Source: a virus (lineage: Duplodnaviria; Caudoviricetes). From it: a DNA stretch of 51,656 nt. Of this stretch, positions 8,919 to 18,740 are shown piece after piece. The DNA lies in IMG/VR virus record IMGVR_UViG_3300048893_000093, positions 1 to 51,656 of that record. The stretch is one strand, 5' to 3'. A program made the translations under genes and the position numbers. The notes beneath the pieces were generated by a model, which was not told the DNA's origin, did no database searches, and saw only the letters and a list, made by a program, of their open reading frames with translations. Every line of letters begins with the position of its first letter. Positions within the stretch are counted from its first letter, which is position 1.

Positions 8919-10619
8919 ATGGCATATCCTGTAAAATATAAATCGCCGCCCTCTGACATTCACGCCACATACCCGAGGGCTTATATGGATTTGTCGCCTT
9001 CAAAAAACGCAATTTTTCCCGGCCTTACATATCAGCATGTAGCCAGTTATTCATTTAACGGTGAAAAGAATTTCGGTCAAGCTGGCCCGATGATTGACTA
9101 TACACTTGACACGAATGGCTTACGTATTCGTTCATGGCAAGCTATGCTTGAAAGTGATAAGGCACAAATCGGAATCGGGCGTTTATTGAAATGGGTTATC
9201 GGCACTGGCTTAAAGCCTCAGTGCGAACCTTCTGTTTCTGTCTTAGAACAATATGGAATAAAATTAGATAAAAAGAAATACGCAAAGCAAGTCGAAGAAC
9301 TTTGGAATTTATGGCGTAGATCGAAGTCGTGTGATTATTCAGGAATGAAAAACATGAACCAGATCGACCTGGAATCTGAGAAAAATTCTATGGTTGGCGG
9401 CGATGTTCTTATCATAATCCGATACATTAAAGGCCAACAGAAAATACAATTAATCGACGGCGCACATGTACAATCTCCTTATTACGGTTCTGAATTTTTC
9501 CCAAAAGCACTTGCAAACGGCAACACTATAATTGATGGTGTTGAAATAAATTCCCGCCGGGAGCATATAGCGTATTATGTAAGGACTTACGCGCTCAATG
9601 CTGATATAAGTAATATTTTTGAATACAAATTTGAACGAATTGAAGCGAGGGGAAAAGATGGATTACTCCGAGCATGGTTTCATTATGGCAATGAATTCCG
9701 GATAAATAATGTTCGCGGAATGTCTATTTATGCGGCCTGCCTTGAGAAGCTAAAGCAGATGGAAGAATATTCAGGTGCCACGTTAAGCCAGGCTAAAGAA
9801 GCGGCTAAGGTAAGCTACCAGGTCGAGCATGAATTAAACGCATCTGGTAAAGCACCATTCGCAACTGCTGCCGTGGAAGGATTTAGCTCAGGCATTGGAA
9901 TGAATGGAAATAATCGGTTACCGATAACTGACGACGGCATAACAATGGGTAAGGTTATGCAAATTACCAATATCGGCACGGCTTACAATAATAATCCCGG
10001 TTCAAAAATATCAATGCTCAAAAATGAGAATCCATTATATTTTAAAGAATTTATGGAAACTCACACGAATGAATTTTGCGCTGTGATTGATATTCCGCCA
10101 AATGTATTTTGGGGATTATATACAAATTCATTTTCGGCAAGCCGGGCAAGTATTGTTGATCTGATCCATACGCTTGCAAATAAACGCGAGCATCATTACG
10201 TTGGTCATAAAAAACCAATATTTGATTTTTGGCTCCATACCGAAATATTAAAAGGAAACATACAAGCGCCTGGTTACATCATGGCGTTTAATGACGGAAA
10301 TGAAATGGTACTTGAAGCATATCGCAGCGTGAGATTTGTTGGTAAAAATCCAGGTCACATTGACCCTGAGAAAGAAGCCAATGCAGTACGGGTAATGCTT
10401 GGCCCAGCTATGGCTAATATGCCATTGATAGATGGTGAAAATGCGGCAGAGGTGCTTGGAACTGGCGATATAACAGAGATTATAGAACAATCGGCAATAG
10501 AGCGCGATATGACTGAAAAACTGGGATTAAAGCCAGCGCCTATCGAACAAAAGGTTGTGAACGATTCTACTATTACTAAGAAGGGTGGGAAGAAAAAACC
10601 GAAACCGCCCGTAAAATAA
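8919..10619 (+). CDS. Portal protein, lambda family
   Basis: LR.RSW, VIGTGL, GVE, RGMS, FSASRAS and IDP.KE motifs. Confidence 0.9.
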   Translation: MAYPVKYKSPPSDIHATYPRAYMDLSPSKNAIFPGLTYQHVASYSFNGEKNFGQAGPMIDYTLDTNGLRIRSWQAMLESDKAQIGIGRLLKWVIGTGLKPQCEPSVSVLEQYGIKLDKKKYAKQVEELWNLWRRSKSCDYSGMKNMNQIDLESEKNSMVGGDVLIIIRYIKGQQKIQLIDGAHVQSPYYGSEFFPKALANGNTIIDGVEINSRREHIAYYVRTYALNADISNIFEYKFERIEARGKDGLLRAWFHYGNEFRINNVRGMSIYAACLEKLKQMEEYSGATLSQAKEAAKVSYQVEHELNASGKAPFATAAVEGFSSGIGMNGNNRLPITDDGITMGKVMQITNIGTAYNNNPGSKISMLKNENPLYFKEFMETHTNEFCAVIDIPPNVFWGLYTNSFSASRASIVDLIHTLANKREHHYVGHKKPIFDFWLHTEILKGNIQAPGYIMAFNDGNEMVLEAYRSVRFVGKNPGHIDPEKEANAVRVMLGPAMANMPLIDGENAAEVLGTGDITEIIEQSAIERDMTEKLGLKPAPIEQKVVNDSTITKKGGKKKPKPPVK

Positions 10620-10654
10620 ATTTTGGTTTTAAAAATAAAAGAATTACATTTGAT

Positions 10655-11583
10655 ACCATGAACGGCTATTTACACATAATACAAATTATATTATTTCAGA
10701 TATAATGTTTTTCGTTGATTTTAAAGTAAACTCATTTGCACGGTATCATACTGGGTAATTTGATTCGACCAGATAGCTTCCGTAGTCCTGAATTTTATTC
10801 CCTGCATCTCAACCATTGATTTAAACGGCATCCAATTAGCGTTAGTGTTTTCGCAAACAATAGTCTGCCCCAACCTTTCCTTGCACCAAGCCGTTAAATG
10901 GCTGTAATCAATGTTCTTATTGCTTTGGTTGTATTTGTGTCCTCCATGTTGATATGGCGGGTCAACAAACCATGTTGCCAACTCATTTGCCAAATCCTTG
11001 TAGCAACCGTGCTGAATAACCCAATGCCTTATTTTAAAGAGATTAGAGGCTATTAGTTTCAAGTTTTGTTTGTATGACTTAACACCCCACTCATAGGCTT
11101 TATTCCCGCCAACCGTCCCCTGTTGCAGCAAAAACCTTAGTAATTCGTATTGCTCAACACAATCCAAATCCTCCTTTATAATCCTATCGCCGGCTTTGTA
11201 ATTTGGAAATGATAACACATCTTTTTCGCTGCACTTTTGCAGGTACTTCCAAATATTAACAATGACCTCGTATTTATCAACCAACAAAATATCTCTGTCA
11301 AAATACTTCAAAGCATATCGGGCACTCCCCGCAAACGGCTCTATTATTTTCCCGTGCATAGGAGCAGGGTAATAATCAATAATCTTTGACTTGCTGCCGT
11401 AGTAACTAAACATTCTTTTTTACAATTTTCTTTAGAGCATCATTAAAGCTGATTCCCGCCACTTCCTGAATATCGGCAGCCATATCCATCAAAACGGATT
11501 TTAGCTGCTCTGTTTCTGCCTCTGTGAAGCTATACGCTATCTGTGTATCGCTTATTCCATAATCGCTGAGGTCGCTGAGGTCT
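10655..11583 (-). mobile_element. Accessory module 3 (inverted): GACCTCAGCGACCTCAGCGA - gene remnant - MTase - dif-like arm
   Basis: 11562-11583 reverse complement = AGACCTCAGCGACCTCAGCGAT; 10663-10691 reverse complement = ATATAATTTGTATTATGTGTAAATAGCCG. Confidence 0.5.
10721..11413 (-). CDS. DNA N6-adenine methyltransferase (Dam/D12-like)
   Basis: FSYYGSK, EPFAGSA (motif I) and FVDPPY (motif IV). Confidence 0.85.
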   Translation of the reverse strand: MFSYYGSKSKIIDYYPAPMHGKIIEPFAGSARYALKYFDRDILLVDKYEVIVNIWKYLQKCSEKDVLSFPNYKAGDRIIKEDLDCVEQYELLRFLLQQGTVGGNKAYEWGVKSYKQNLKLIASNLFKIRHWVIQHGCYKDLANELATWFVDPPYQHGGHKYNQSNKNIDYSHLTAWCKERLGQTIVCENTNANWMPFKSMVEMQGIKFRTTEAIWSNQITQYDTVQMSLL

Positions 11584-11780
11584 CAACACCCATCATCATC
11601 CAAAAATTTCTTTTCCTGGGCAGGTGCATTTTTCCAAACATCCCACAAGATCGACCGGCAAAAAGTAGCTAAATCCATTCCACGAGACTTTGCAATGGCG
11701 GTCATTTCAAGTTTGAATTTCATGTTTGTATTTCCTATCCAGAATTTCGGCGTAGTTGATTTGCGATAACTTCCCTTCAT
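11583..11780 (-). CDS. Small ribbon-helix-helix-like DNA-binding protein
   Basis: Strand-helix-helix pattern (...LEMTAIAKSRGMDLATFCRSIL); divergent from head operon. Confidence 0.5.
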   Translation of the reverse strand: MKGSYRKSTTPKFWIGNTNMKFKLEMTAIAKSRGMDLATFCRSILWDVWKNAPAQEKKFLDDDGC

Positions 11781-11794
11781 TAAAAAGTGGTTTG

Positions 11795-11865
11795 CACAAA
11801 TATAAAAAAAGTTAGTATAATATGCTAACTTATAAAAAATACTTTTTAACTGTGGGTATTTTTAC
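11795..11865. promoter_or_regulatory. Divergent late promoter module with palindromic operator AAGTTAGTATAATATGCTAACTT (11809-11831)
   Basis: Near copy at 46250-46320; leftward TATATTTG box. Confidence 0.7.
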
Positions 11866-11870
11866 TCCCA

Positions 11871-12890
11871 ATGGCAAAGGACATATTAATGTACGGTATA
11901 ATAGATAGTTGGTCAGTAGGCCAATTTATCAACGACATTGATGAGGTTCTTGAAGAAAATGAAAGCGCACCTATAACAGTTCGCGTTAATTCCCCTGGTG
12001 GCGACCCTGATTATGGATTCGGTGCCGTTGCAAAATTCGCTGAAATAAAAAACGAAAAGATTGTTCGCGTTGACGGTAAGGCTTATTCGACAGCTTTATA
12101 TTATTGTTGTTACACGGATAATGTCGTTGCGTTGGATGTTTCTGAATTCCTTTTGCACCGGGCCGCTTATGATGAATGGGTGGAATCGAATCCCGCTTAT
12201 TTCACGGATGCCAGAAAAGCCGGACTGGAAAATGCCAATAAAAAATTACGCGCTGCGTTTGAAGCAAAAGTAAACGTTCCATTATTTGAACAACTTTGCA
12301 AATGCACATTGGATGAGGTCTTTTCAATGGAAGGTCGTAAAGACGTATCGTTTAACGCTAAAATCGCAAAACGCATAGGTCTTATAAAAGAAATTATCCA
12401 AATCACGCCAACTAAAAAAGCCGAAATTGAAACATTGATGTTGAATGTTTCGGCCCTTCATAATGGATTCAAAATTGCGGCAAAAGCCGAAACAGAAGAT
12501 AAACCAAAAACCATGACAAAAGCAGAATTACAACTTAATCACGCGGCTGTTTACGCTGAAATATTTGAAGCAGGAAAAACTGCCGGTATAACTGAAATGA
12601 AGCAAATCGCTGAGGTATGGGCACATTACGCGCCTATTGATGCAAAGGCTTGTCAGGATGGAATTAAATCCGGCGTTATGCCGTCTCCTGTTCAGGTCAT
12701 TGAACTTGGCGAAAAGAAATTCAGTAAAAAATCGTTGAAAGAAATTGAGCATGGAAACGCTCCCGATACGCCAACACAGGAAGACAAAAATCTTTCAGCA
12801 AAAGAAAAAGAATTACAGGATTTCGTTTTGGGCGTTACCAAAAATTCAACTTTTTTGAGTGAAGCCGCTAAAAAACAACCTGTTAAATAA
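11871..12890 (+). CDS. ClpP-like head maturation protease with C-terminal scaffold
   Basis: VNSPGGD, DGKAYS and LLHRA motifs. Confidence 0.9.
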   Translation: MAKDILMYGIIDSWSVGQFINDIDEVLEENESAPITVRVNSPGGDPDYGFGAVAKFAEIKNEKIVRVDGKAYSTALYYCCYTDNVVALDVSEFLLHRAAYDEWVESNPAYFTDARKAGLENANKKLRAAFEAKVNVPLFEQLCKCTLDEVFSMEGRKDVSFNAKIAKRIGLIKEIIQITPTKKAEIETLMLNVSALHNGFKIAAKAETEDKPKTMTKAELQLNHAAVYAEIFEAGKTAGITEMKQIAEVWAHYAPIDAKACQDGIKSGVMPSPVQVIELGEKKFSKKSLKEIEHGNAPDTPTQEDKNLSAKEKELQDFVLGVTKNSTFLSEAAKKQPVK

Positions 12891-12932
12891 AAATAGTAAG
12901 CCACTGACATACAAAAATAAAAATATTTTATC

Positions 12933-13379
12933 ATGAGCAACAATACGGTAACATTCAATAATGGTCAGCAATTACAGGTTAATACCAACCTTGCAAAATT
13001 ATTTCCGTTTGAAAGGGAGCAAAGACAGTATTTGCATACCAATTCAAAATACGATCCTGTTCCATTGGCCGCAGGGACTCTCATGGTTGTAAATAAAAGC
13101 ACTGGCAAGGTCGAGGAGTTTGATTCGACTATTCACACTGCCAATCAATATTATTTTTGCATCCTGGCTGATGATGCAATAATTGATGAAGGAGCAACTG
13201 AAAATGTCGCTATCGCTGTCTGTGGTACCAGGGTTCGCCAAGATATGATTGTATTTAATCATACCGGAGATTCTTTAAGTACAGTAGTTGGCGATTTGAG
13301 AATTTTTGAATGGCTGCTGACTTGCGGAATCATTCCAATATCAGCAGCCAACTGTACCAATTTTGATAACGCGATTTAA
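12933..13379 (+). CDS. Head decoration protein (lambda gpD-like)
   Basis: L.AGT.M and CILA.D motifs; between protease and capsid genes. Confidence 0.7.
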   Translation: MSNNTVTFNNGQQLQVNTNLAKLFPFEREQRQYLHTNSKYDPVPLAAGTLMVVNKSTGKVEEFDSTIHTANQYYFCILADDAIIDEGATENVAIAVCGTRVRQDMIVFNHTGDSLSTVVGDLRIFEWLLTCGIIPISAANCTNFDNAI

Positions 13380-13410
13380 ACCAAAACACACAACATAAAA
13401 AAACTGCAAA

Positions 13411-14466
13411 ATGAATATATCAGTAACAGATGCTTTACCACTATTTACCAACACGATTGTTGCTAAATATTCTGACCATCAGAAACCAAAATCGTTTGGC
13501 AGATCGTTTTTTACCGAAGTGGAAACGAATAGTAAGCTGGCATCGCTTGTTTCGGAGCGCGGATTGAATTTGATTGCAAACGACATTCCACGTGGTCAGC
13601 GCGGTGAACTGAATGTGTTTGATAAAAGCACGCAGAACGTTGTATTCCCTCCTTTCTTCGATAAATTAATTAACCTTACCGATTTGGATGGTTATGATTA
13701 TTTGCACGTGGAAGGTGTAACTTCGCAAATTGCATGGGGACGTTTTCTGGACGACTTCGCAGCCAGAATGATGGTGTGTATGAATCAAATCGACCGCCGT
13801 TATGAATTGATGTGCTGGCAGGTTTTGGAAACTGGCATCATCCAGCTTTCATCAATGAAGAATATTTCATACGGCCGTAAAGCAGGATCACTGGTTAACG
13901 CATTGACTGTTGGTGGTTACTGGACTACCAACGGCGTTAATCCTGTAACAGGAACGCTTATGCGCGGTGCAGTTTGGAATAATGAAACCGGTAAGATGAA
14001 CGGTAATACATTGAATGTTATTTTCGGTTCTGAAGCATGGAGCGCGTGGGTGGCCAATAGCACAACAAAAGACAATGACCTGAAATTCAACAATAACCTT
14101 ACTGTGCTTGCAAAACAAGCCGTGAGGGATTCGACCGGTAAAACATTTTTGGGATCGACAACATACGATGCGTTCAATTTCAACTTTTTCACTTATTCAG
14201 ATTTTTACCAGGATGATGATGGAACAGTTCATAAGTTCGTGAATCCAAAAAAGGTTATCATTTTACCGGAAGAAACAGCAAACGTTCTAACATATTGCGC
14301 CGTGCCATTGCTTACAGAGCAGGGCGCAATGTTGAGCAAAGGAAAATTCAGCACTTATCGCGCATTGGATCAGTTCGCGCAGGCTGAATTCAGGGGCGTT
14401 CGTTCTGCCGGTATTCCTATTCAGGCAGCCGTTGACCAGGTATACACCGAACAGGTAGTTGCATAA
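13411..14466 (+). CDS. Major capsid protein, lambda gpE family
   Basis: PPFF and RR.E.MC.Q.L.TG.I motifs; size and synteny. Confidence 0.9.
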   Translation: MNISVTDALPLFTNTIVAKYSDHQKPKSFGRSFFTEVETNSKLASLVSERGLNLIANDIPRGQRGELNVFDKSTQNVVFPPFFDKLINLTDLDGYDYLHVEGVTSQIAWGRFLDDFAARMMVCMNQIDRRYELMCWQVLETGIIQLSSMKNISYGRKAGSLVNALTVGGYWTTNGVNPVTGTLMRGAVWNNETGKMNGNTLNVIFGSEAWSAWVANSTTKDNDLKFNNNLTVLAKQAVRDSTGKTFLGSTTYDAFNFNFFTYSDFYQDDDGTVHKFVNPKKVIILPEETANVLTYCAVPLLTEQGAMLSKGKFSTYRALDQFAQAEFRGVRSAGIPIQAAVDQVYTEQVVA

Positions 14467-14753
14467 TGAGGACTGGAACGGTTATAGTTACTGATATTGG
14501 CGGACTTGGAAAAAATATTTTCCATTATGGCGACAAGGTTAAAGAAGGGAATTTTCCGGTTGATAATTTTGACCGATTGGTGAAAGGTGGGTATATTGAG
14601 GAGGATGTGAATGAGACGGTACTAGCAATCACAGAACCAATCGAATCTGAACCAGAACAGACCGAAACTGAACCGGCAAATACAGAGACCGAAACAAAAG
14701 ACCCATTATCAAACATTGATTTTGGAGGTAATAAAAATAAAAAACGGCGTTAA
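14466..14753 (+). CDS. Capsid-associated packaging accessory protein (lambda gpFI position)
   Basis: Coupled to MCP stop; GD.V.E..F......L...G.I domain followed by acidic/Pro tail. Confidence 0.6.
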   Translation: MRTGTVIVTDIGGLGKNIFHYGDKVKEGNFPVDNFDRLVKGGYIEEDVNETVLAITEPIESEPEQTETEPANTETETKDPLSNIDFGGNKNKKRR

Positions 14754-14786
14754 TAAAATTGGCATTTCATAAAGGGTAACAAAACG

Positions 14787-14817
14787 AAGGGTAGGTAATT
14801 AAAACCTGCCCTTTTTT
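14787..14817 (+). terminator. Rho-independent terminator
   Basis: AAGGGTAGGT-loop-ACCTGCCCTT followed by T run. Confidence 0.75.
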
Positions 14818-14834
14818 AGTAAAAACAAATTGGT

Positions 14835-15242
14835 ATGGGATTAAGCGAACAGGCTGCAATAGACGCTCAACAATTTTTGGAAAATACAGATGACTTCGGT
14901 ATTGAAATTATATTGACTTCGCCCACGTTTGAAATAGCAAATGTTACCGGTTATTCACGTAAACATCACACATCAGTTGACCCGGCAAACGGGCATGCGA
15001 TAAGCACGAAACAAGCAAGTGTAACCATTTCAGAAAAAACTATTACCGATGCAAATCCAAATTATCCGGTAAGAATAAATGATCCTGAAAATAAAAATTA
15101 CCAGGAAGTAAGCATGATTGGACATTTAATAGACGTGCCTGATAGCTCAGGTATAGTAAAAAATTACAAAGTTTTAAATCATTTTCCTGATGAAAAATTG
15201 GGATGGATAGTTTTTATTTTGGAGGATTATAAGTCCGCATAA
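14835..15242 (+). CDS. Head-tail adaptor / stopper (gpFII-like)
   Basis: D...F.....FG N-terminus; synteny. Confidence 0.55.
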   Translation: MGLSEQAAIDAQQFLENTDDFGIEIILTSPTFEIANVTGYSRKHHTSVDPANGHAISTKQASVTISEKTITDANPNYPVRINDPENKNYQEVSMIGHLIDVPDSSGIVKNYKVLNHFPDEKLGWIVFILEDYKSA

Positions 15243-15851
15243 ATGCAGCTGGTAAATTATAAAATAGAACCACAAAATTATGAACTGATACTTGAAAGGG
15301 TTGGGCAGATTCTTACACTTGAATTTGAAAACCAATTTATTCAATTTTATAATTCTATTTGTAGTGATGTTGCGGTTTACATTGAACATTTTGATCCGAC
15401 CAATTTCACTGAAATGTCGATAGTATCATTATCAATTGATAAAGGGACTTACGACAATAGACATGCCGGTTACGTCAGGGGAACTTACATTTATAACATT
15501 GATCTTTATACGAATTCAAAATCAATTGGCGATGACCGTGGCGATAAATTGTCTGCTGTAATTAATCATCGAATAGCAGGAATAATTCGTGCTATACTTG
15601 AAAACCCAATTTATAAAACACTTGGATTTGAACCCGGTTCAGTAGGTAACCTTCGTGTTAATTCAATTGAGTGGGGAAAGATAATGAAATCAAATCAGGA
15701 TGCACGTAATATTTATATGTCAAGAATTCAACTTGAATTCCAGGCACAAGAAACTACACCGTTGTTAACAGGCGTTCCATTACTTTCAATGATAACAAAA
15801 ATAAAATTAGAAAATTCAGATAACGGTTTACAATTTATAATTCAATCATGA
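15243..15851 (+). CDS. Tail terminator / neck protein
   Basis: Synteny; Y.YNID.Y...IRAIL pattern. Confidence 0.5.
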   Translation: MQLVNYKIEPQNYELILERVGQILTLEFENQFIQFYNSICSDVAVYIEHFDPTNFTEMSIVSLSIDKGTYDNRHAGYVRGTYIYNIDLYTNSKSIGDDRGDKLSAVINHRIAGIIRAILENPIYKTLGFEPGSVGNLRVNSIEWGKIMKSNQDARNIYMSRIQLEFQAQETTPLLTGVPLLSMITKIKLENSDNGLQFIIQS

Positions 15852-17353
15852 GCCAGCAGACAAGGGCACAGCTACAAGCATTAAGAGGATCACTAATTAA
15901 AAGTGGTAACAGGCAAACTACGGCTGTTGGTGTTAATACGGTGCTAGATGCTGTTATAGTATCGCTTATGAATATTTTAGATGACGCCAACAATGATGGG
16001 GGATTTCTTCAGATAAATTCCGGGCGCGTCGATATATCCAAAATAAATGCAGCTTCGCCGCAACAATATTTTTTAAGGGATGATGGGACGTGGCAGCCTG
16101 CGGAAAGCGGCGGTAAATACAACGTTTTGGATTGTGGGTTAATTGGCGATGGCATATTTGATAATACGGCGGCATTAAACACTCTTCTAAATACTACTGC
16201 TCCAAGCGGTTCTACTATTGTATTTCCACCAAGTCTTAATTTTCTTATTAGATCAAATATTGCTATTAACGGAAAACAATTTAATTTTATAGGAAATTTT
16301 TCAACAATTTCGACAGCTTCAAATGTACAAATATTCAATATTAGCAACGCTTCAAAGTGGAGATTCTCAAATTTAATTTTTAGCGGAAATAGTTCCGGTT
16401 CAAATCAATATGCTTTTTATTTTTCAGCGGCATCCGGATCATTTGCTTTTTACAATTGCACGTTTACCAATTTTGCAGGTGGCGGAGTGGCGATTAATAA
16501 TACCGAATCTTCCACATATTTAGGTGGTCTTTTTTCAAGTTGCAAGTTTTATGGAAATAACATTGCTGCTGATTTAAGTTTTACAAGACCGGAATATATA
16601 CAATTTATTGGTTGTGATATTTTTGATAACACTGGTGGAATAATTTGTGCTGGTGGAAATCTTATTGTTAACGGATGTAATATAACTTACAACGGCACTG
16701 GAATTGAGTTGTTAGCAGGCACAAACAATGGACACGGCATTATATCAAATAACAATATAAATCATAATACTACTTATAATTTATACATTCACAATACCGT
16801 TCTAGGTATGACAATTTCTAACAACCATTTTTACCAGGGAGAGATAAAAATAGCAAACACAACAGGAGTAAATATTTCAGGAGGTATAATCGATGTTAAT
16901 GCATATACCTTAACTACAAATGTGGGACTACTATTTTCAGGAGTTTCATTCGATACATCCTATTCAAATGTAGTTACATTAATTGGAACGGCTCCGCAAT
17001 TTAATTCATGTTACAACATAGATGGCACTTCAGCGGCTTGTCCGTCAAGTGGTAACGCGATAACATTTGATGCTGAAACGGTTGTATCTTCTGCCGCATC
17101 ATTAACAATGAAATCCCCAACGAGATATTTTATTTTTACTGGCTCGGCAAGTACATGGACATTATTTGCGCTTACTGAAGGTTTACTGAATAGACCAATA
17201 AATATCAAAAATAGAGGTTCTGGAAATATTACATTAAACACTTTTTCAGGTGGAAATGATATTTATAAAACATCGGCATTAAATACCCTGACAATAGGTC
17301 CAGGCTCATCTATGACACTTATATATGATGGAACATTTTTTAACGCGCCGTAA
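15848..17353 (+). CDS. Pectin-lyase-fold beta-helix spike / depolymerase
   Basis: FLRDDGTW anchor, NV.D.G..GDG..DNT.A motif, Asn/Ile/Gly-rich beta-helix rungs. Confidence 0.8.
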   Translation: MSQQTRAQLQALRGSLIKSGNRQTTAVGVNTVLDAVIVSLMNILDDANNDGGFLQINSGRVDISKINAASPQQYFLRDDGTWQPAESGGKYNVLDCGLIGDGIFDNTAALNTLLNTTAPSGSTIVFPPSLNFLIRSNIAINGKQFNFIGNFSTISTASNVQIFNISNASKWRFSNLIFSGNSSGSNQYAFYFSAASGSFAFYNCTFTNFAGGGVAINNTESSTYLGGLFSSCKFYGNNIAADLSFTRPEYIQFIGCDIFDNTGGIICAGGNLIVNGCNITYNGTGIELLAGTNNGHGIISNNNINHNTTYNLYIHNTVLGMTISNNHFYQGEIKIANTTGVNISGGIIDVNAYTLTTNVGLLFSGVSFDTSYSNVVTLIGTAPQFNSCYNIDGTSAACPSSGNAITFDAETVVSSAASLTMKSPTRYFIFTGSASTWTLFALTEGLLNRPINIKNRGSGNITLNTFSGGNDIYKTSALNTLTIGPGSSMTLIYDGTFFNAP

Positions 17354-17623
17354 ATGAAAGATCAACACACAATAAAATATCTCAGCGTTTTCATAACCAT
17401 TTTAATGGCCGTGAATACTTTTTTTATTGCCAAATTAGTGAATGATTTTTACGTGCTTCAAAAAGATGTTAGTGCGATAAAGACACAGACCGCCGTTACC
17501 AATAGCGAATTGTCAGGTATAAAGCAGGAAGTTGCCGACATAAAAGAAGATATTAAATACGATAAAACACGGATTAATTTTTTAGAGTTTAAAACATCGA
17601 AGCCAAGTTTTAATTCGCAATAA
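17354..17623 (+). CDS. Holin/antiholin-like membrane protein
   Basis: One N-terminal TM segment plus coiled coil; directly before endolysin. Confidence 0.5.
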   Translation: MKDQHTIKYLSVFITILMAVNTFFIAKLVNDFYVLQKDVSAIKTQTAVTNSELSGIKQEVADIKEDIKYDKTRINFLEFKTSKPSFNSQ

Positions 17624-17636
17624 CAGTTATTAATAG

Positions 17637-18098
17637 ATGAAAATAATCGAAACAGCAATCGCCGAAATAGGAACTAAGGAAAACCCTCCTAATTCTAATT
17701 TAACCAAATACGGTGAATGGTTTGGTCTTAATGGTCAGGCATGGTGTGGCCAATTTGTTTCGTGGGTATTTTTTCACGCTGGATTTCCGTTGCCATCTAT
17801 TGATTTTACAAAAGGGTATGCTGGTTGTCCTTATGCCGTTACCAATGTAAATAAGTGGGGTAAAATAGTAACGATACCACAATCAGGTGACGTTGTATTT
17901 TACGATTGGCAAGGTGATGGTAAATGGGATCATACCGGTATATTCGTAAAAGATTTAGGTAAAGGCTATTTTCAAGCGATAGAAGGTAATACGGCCCTTA
18001 CAAATCAATCAGATGGTGGTGAAGTAATGTTGCGCAGTGATCGCAAATATAAGAATGTAATTTTTATAAGACCGAATGTTTTAAACGCACATTTATAA
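17637..18098 (+). CDS. Endolysin, CHAP amidase
   Basis: WCGQFVSW, GD.V.Y, HTGI and IEGN motifs. Confidence 0.9.
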   Translation: MKIIETAIAEIGTKENPPNSNLTKYGEWFGLNGQAWCGQFVSWVFFHAGFPLPSIDFTKGYAGCPYAVTNVNKWGKIVTIPQSGDVVFYDWQGDGKWDHTGIFVKDLGKGYFQAIEGNTALTNQSDGGEVMLRSDRKYKNVIFIRPNVLNAHL

Positions 18099-18370
18099 TG
18101 GACAAAGAAAAAGTAAATTTCAAATCATTAAAAGCCAGGCTGCTGGCTGACATCCCTTATTTCTGGAAAGTTATCAGGCGTTGGATGATCGGGTGCGGAA
18201 CAGTTGGTACTGCGCTTGTAGCAGTACCAGATTCTTATGTGCCGCCTATCGTAAAAAAAATAGCTGGTTATATGGTTGCGATTGGAGTAGTTGGAACGGC
18301 GCTGGCAACGTTGACGGTGAAATCGGAGCCGCCACCGGCGATAAAAACTGAGGATGAAAAAATCGGGTAA
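18098..18370 (+). CDS. Holin
   Basis: Two hydrophobic segments; overlaps endolysin stop. Confidence 0.65.
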   Translation: MDKEKVNFKSLKARLLADIPYFWKVIRRWMIGCGTVGTALVAVPDSYVPPIVKKIAGYMVAIGVVGTALATLTVKSEPPPAIKTEDEKIG

Positions 18371-18372
18371 AA

Positions 18373-18400
18373 CAAAACCCGGCTTCAATACCGGGTTTTG
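18373..18400. terminator. Bidirectional terminator hairpin
   Basis: CAAAACCCGG-loop-CCGGGTTTTG. Confidence 0.65.
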
Positions 18401-18474
18401 CTGATGAAAACAAGATGCACCTACTAAAATGCGTCCGTGACAAATTTATAAAAAATAAATGAAACAAACAATAC

Positions 18475-18657
18475 ATGGGATTTTTAACAGGAATTTTTAG
18501 CGCGGTTGTAAAAACTGCATTAACACCGGTAGCAATAGTTAAAGATGCTGCAAACATAGTAACAGGAAATGAAGTTGATGCAACTAAGAATTTATTAGAG
18601 GATGCTAAAGACAATGTTTCTGAAGCACTCGACGATTTATGTGATGGCGATATTTAA
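18475..18657 (+). CDS. Small hypothetical protein
   Basis: 60-aa ORF followed by hairpin at about 18662-18687. Confidence 0.6.
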   Translation: MGFLTGIFSAVVKTALTPVAIVKDAANIVTGNEVDATKNLLEDAKDNVSEALDDLCDGDI

Positions 18658-18740
18658 AACAAAACCCCACCGGTTAAAGTGGGGCTTGTCTCGACAGTGA
18701 ATTATTTGCCGTCTTAGGGCGTGAACACAAATATAACAAA

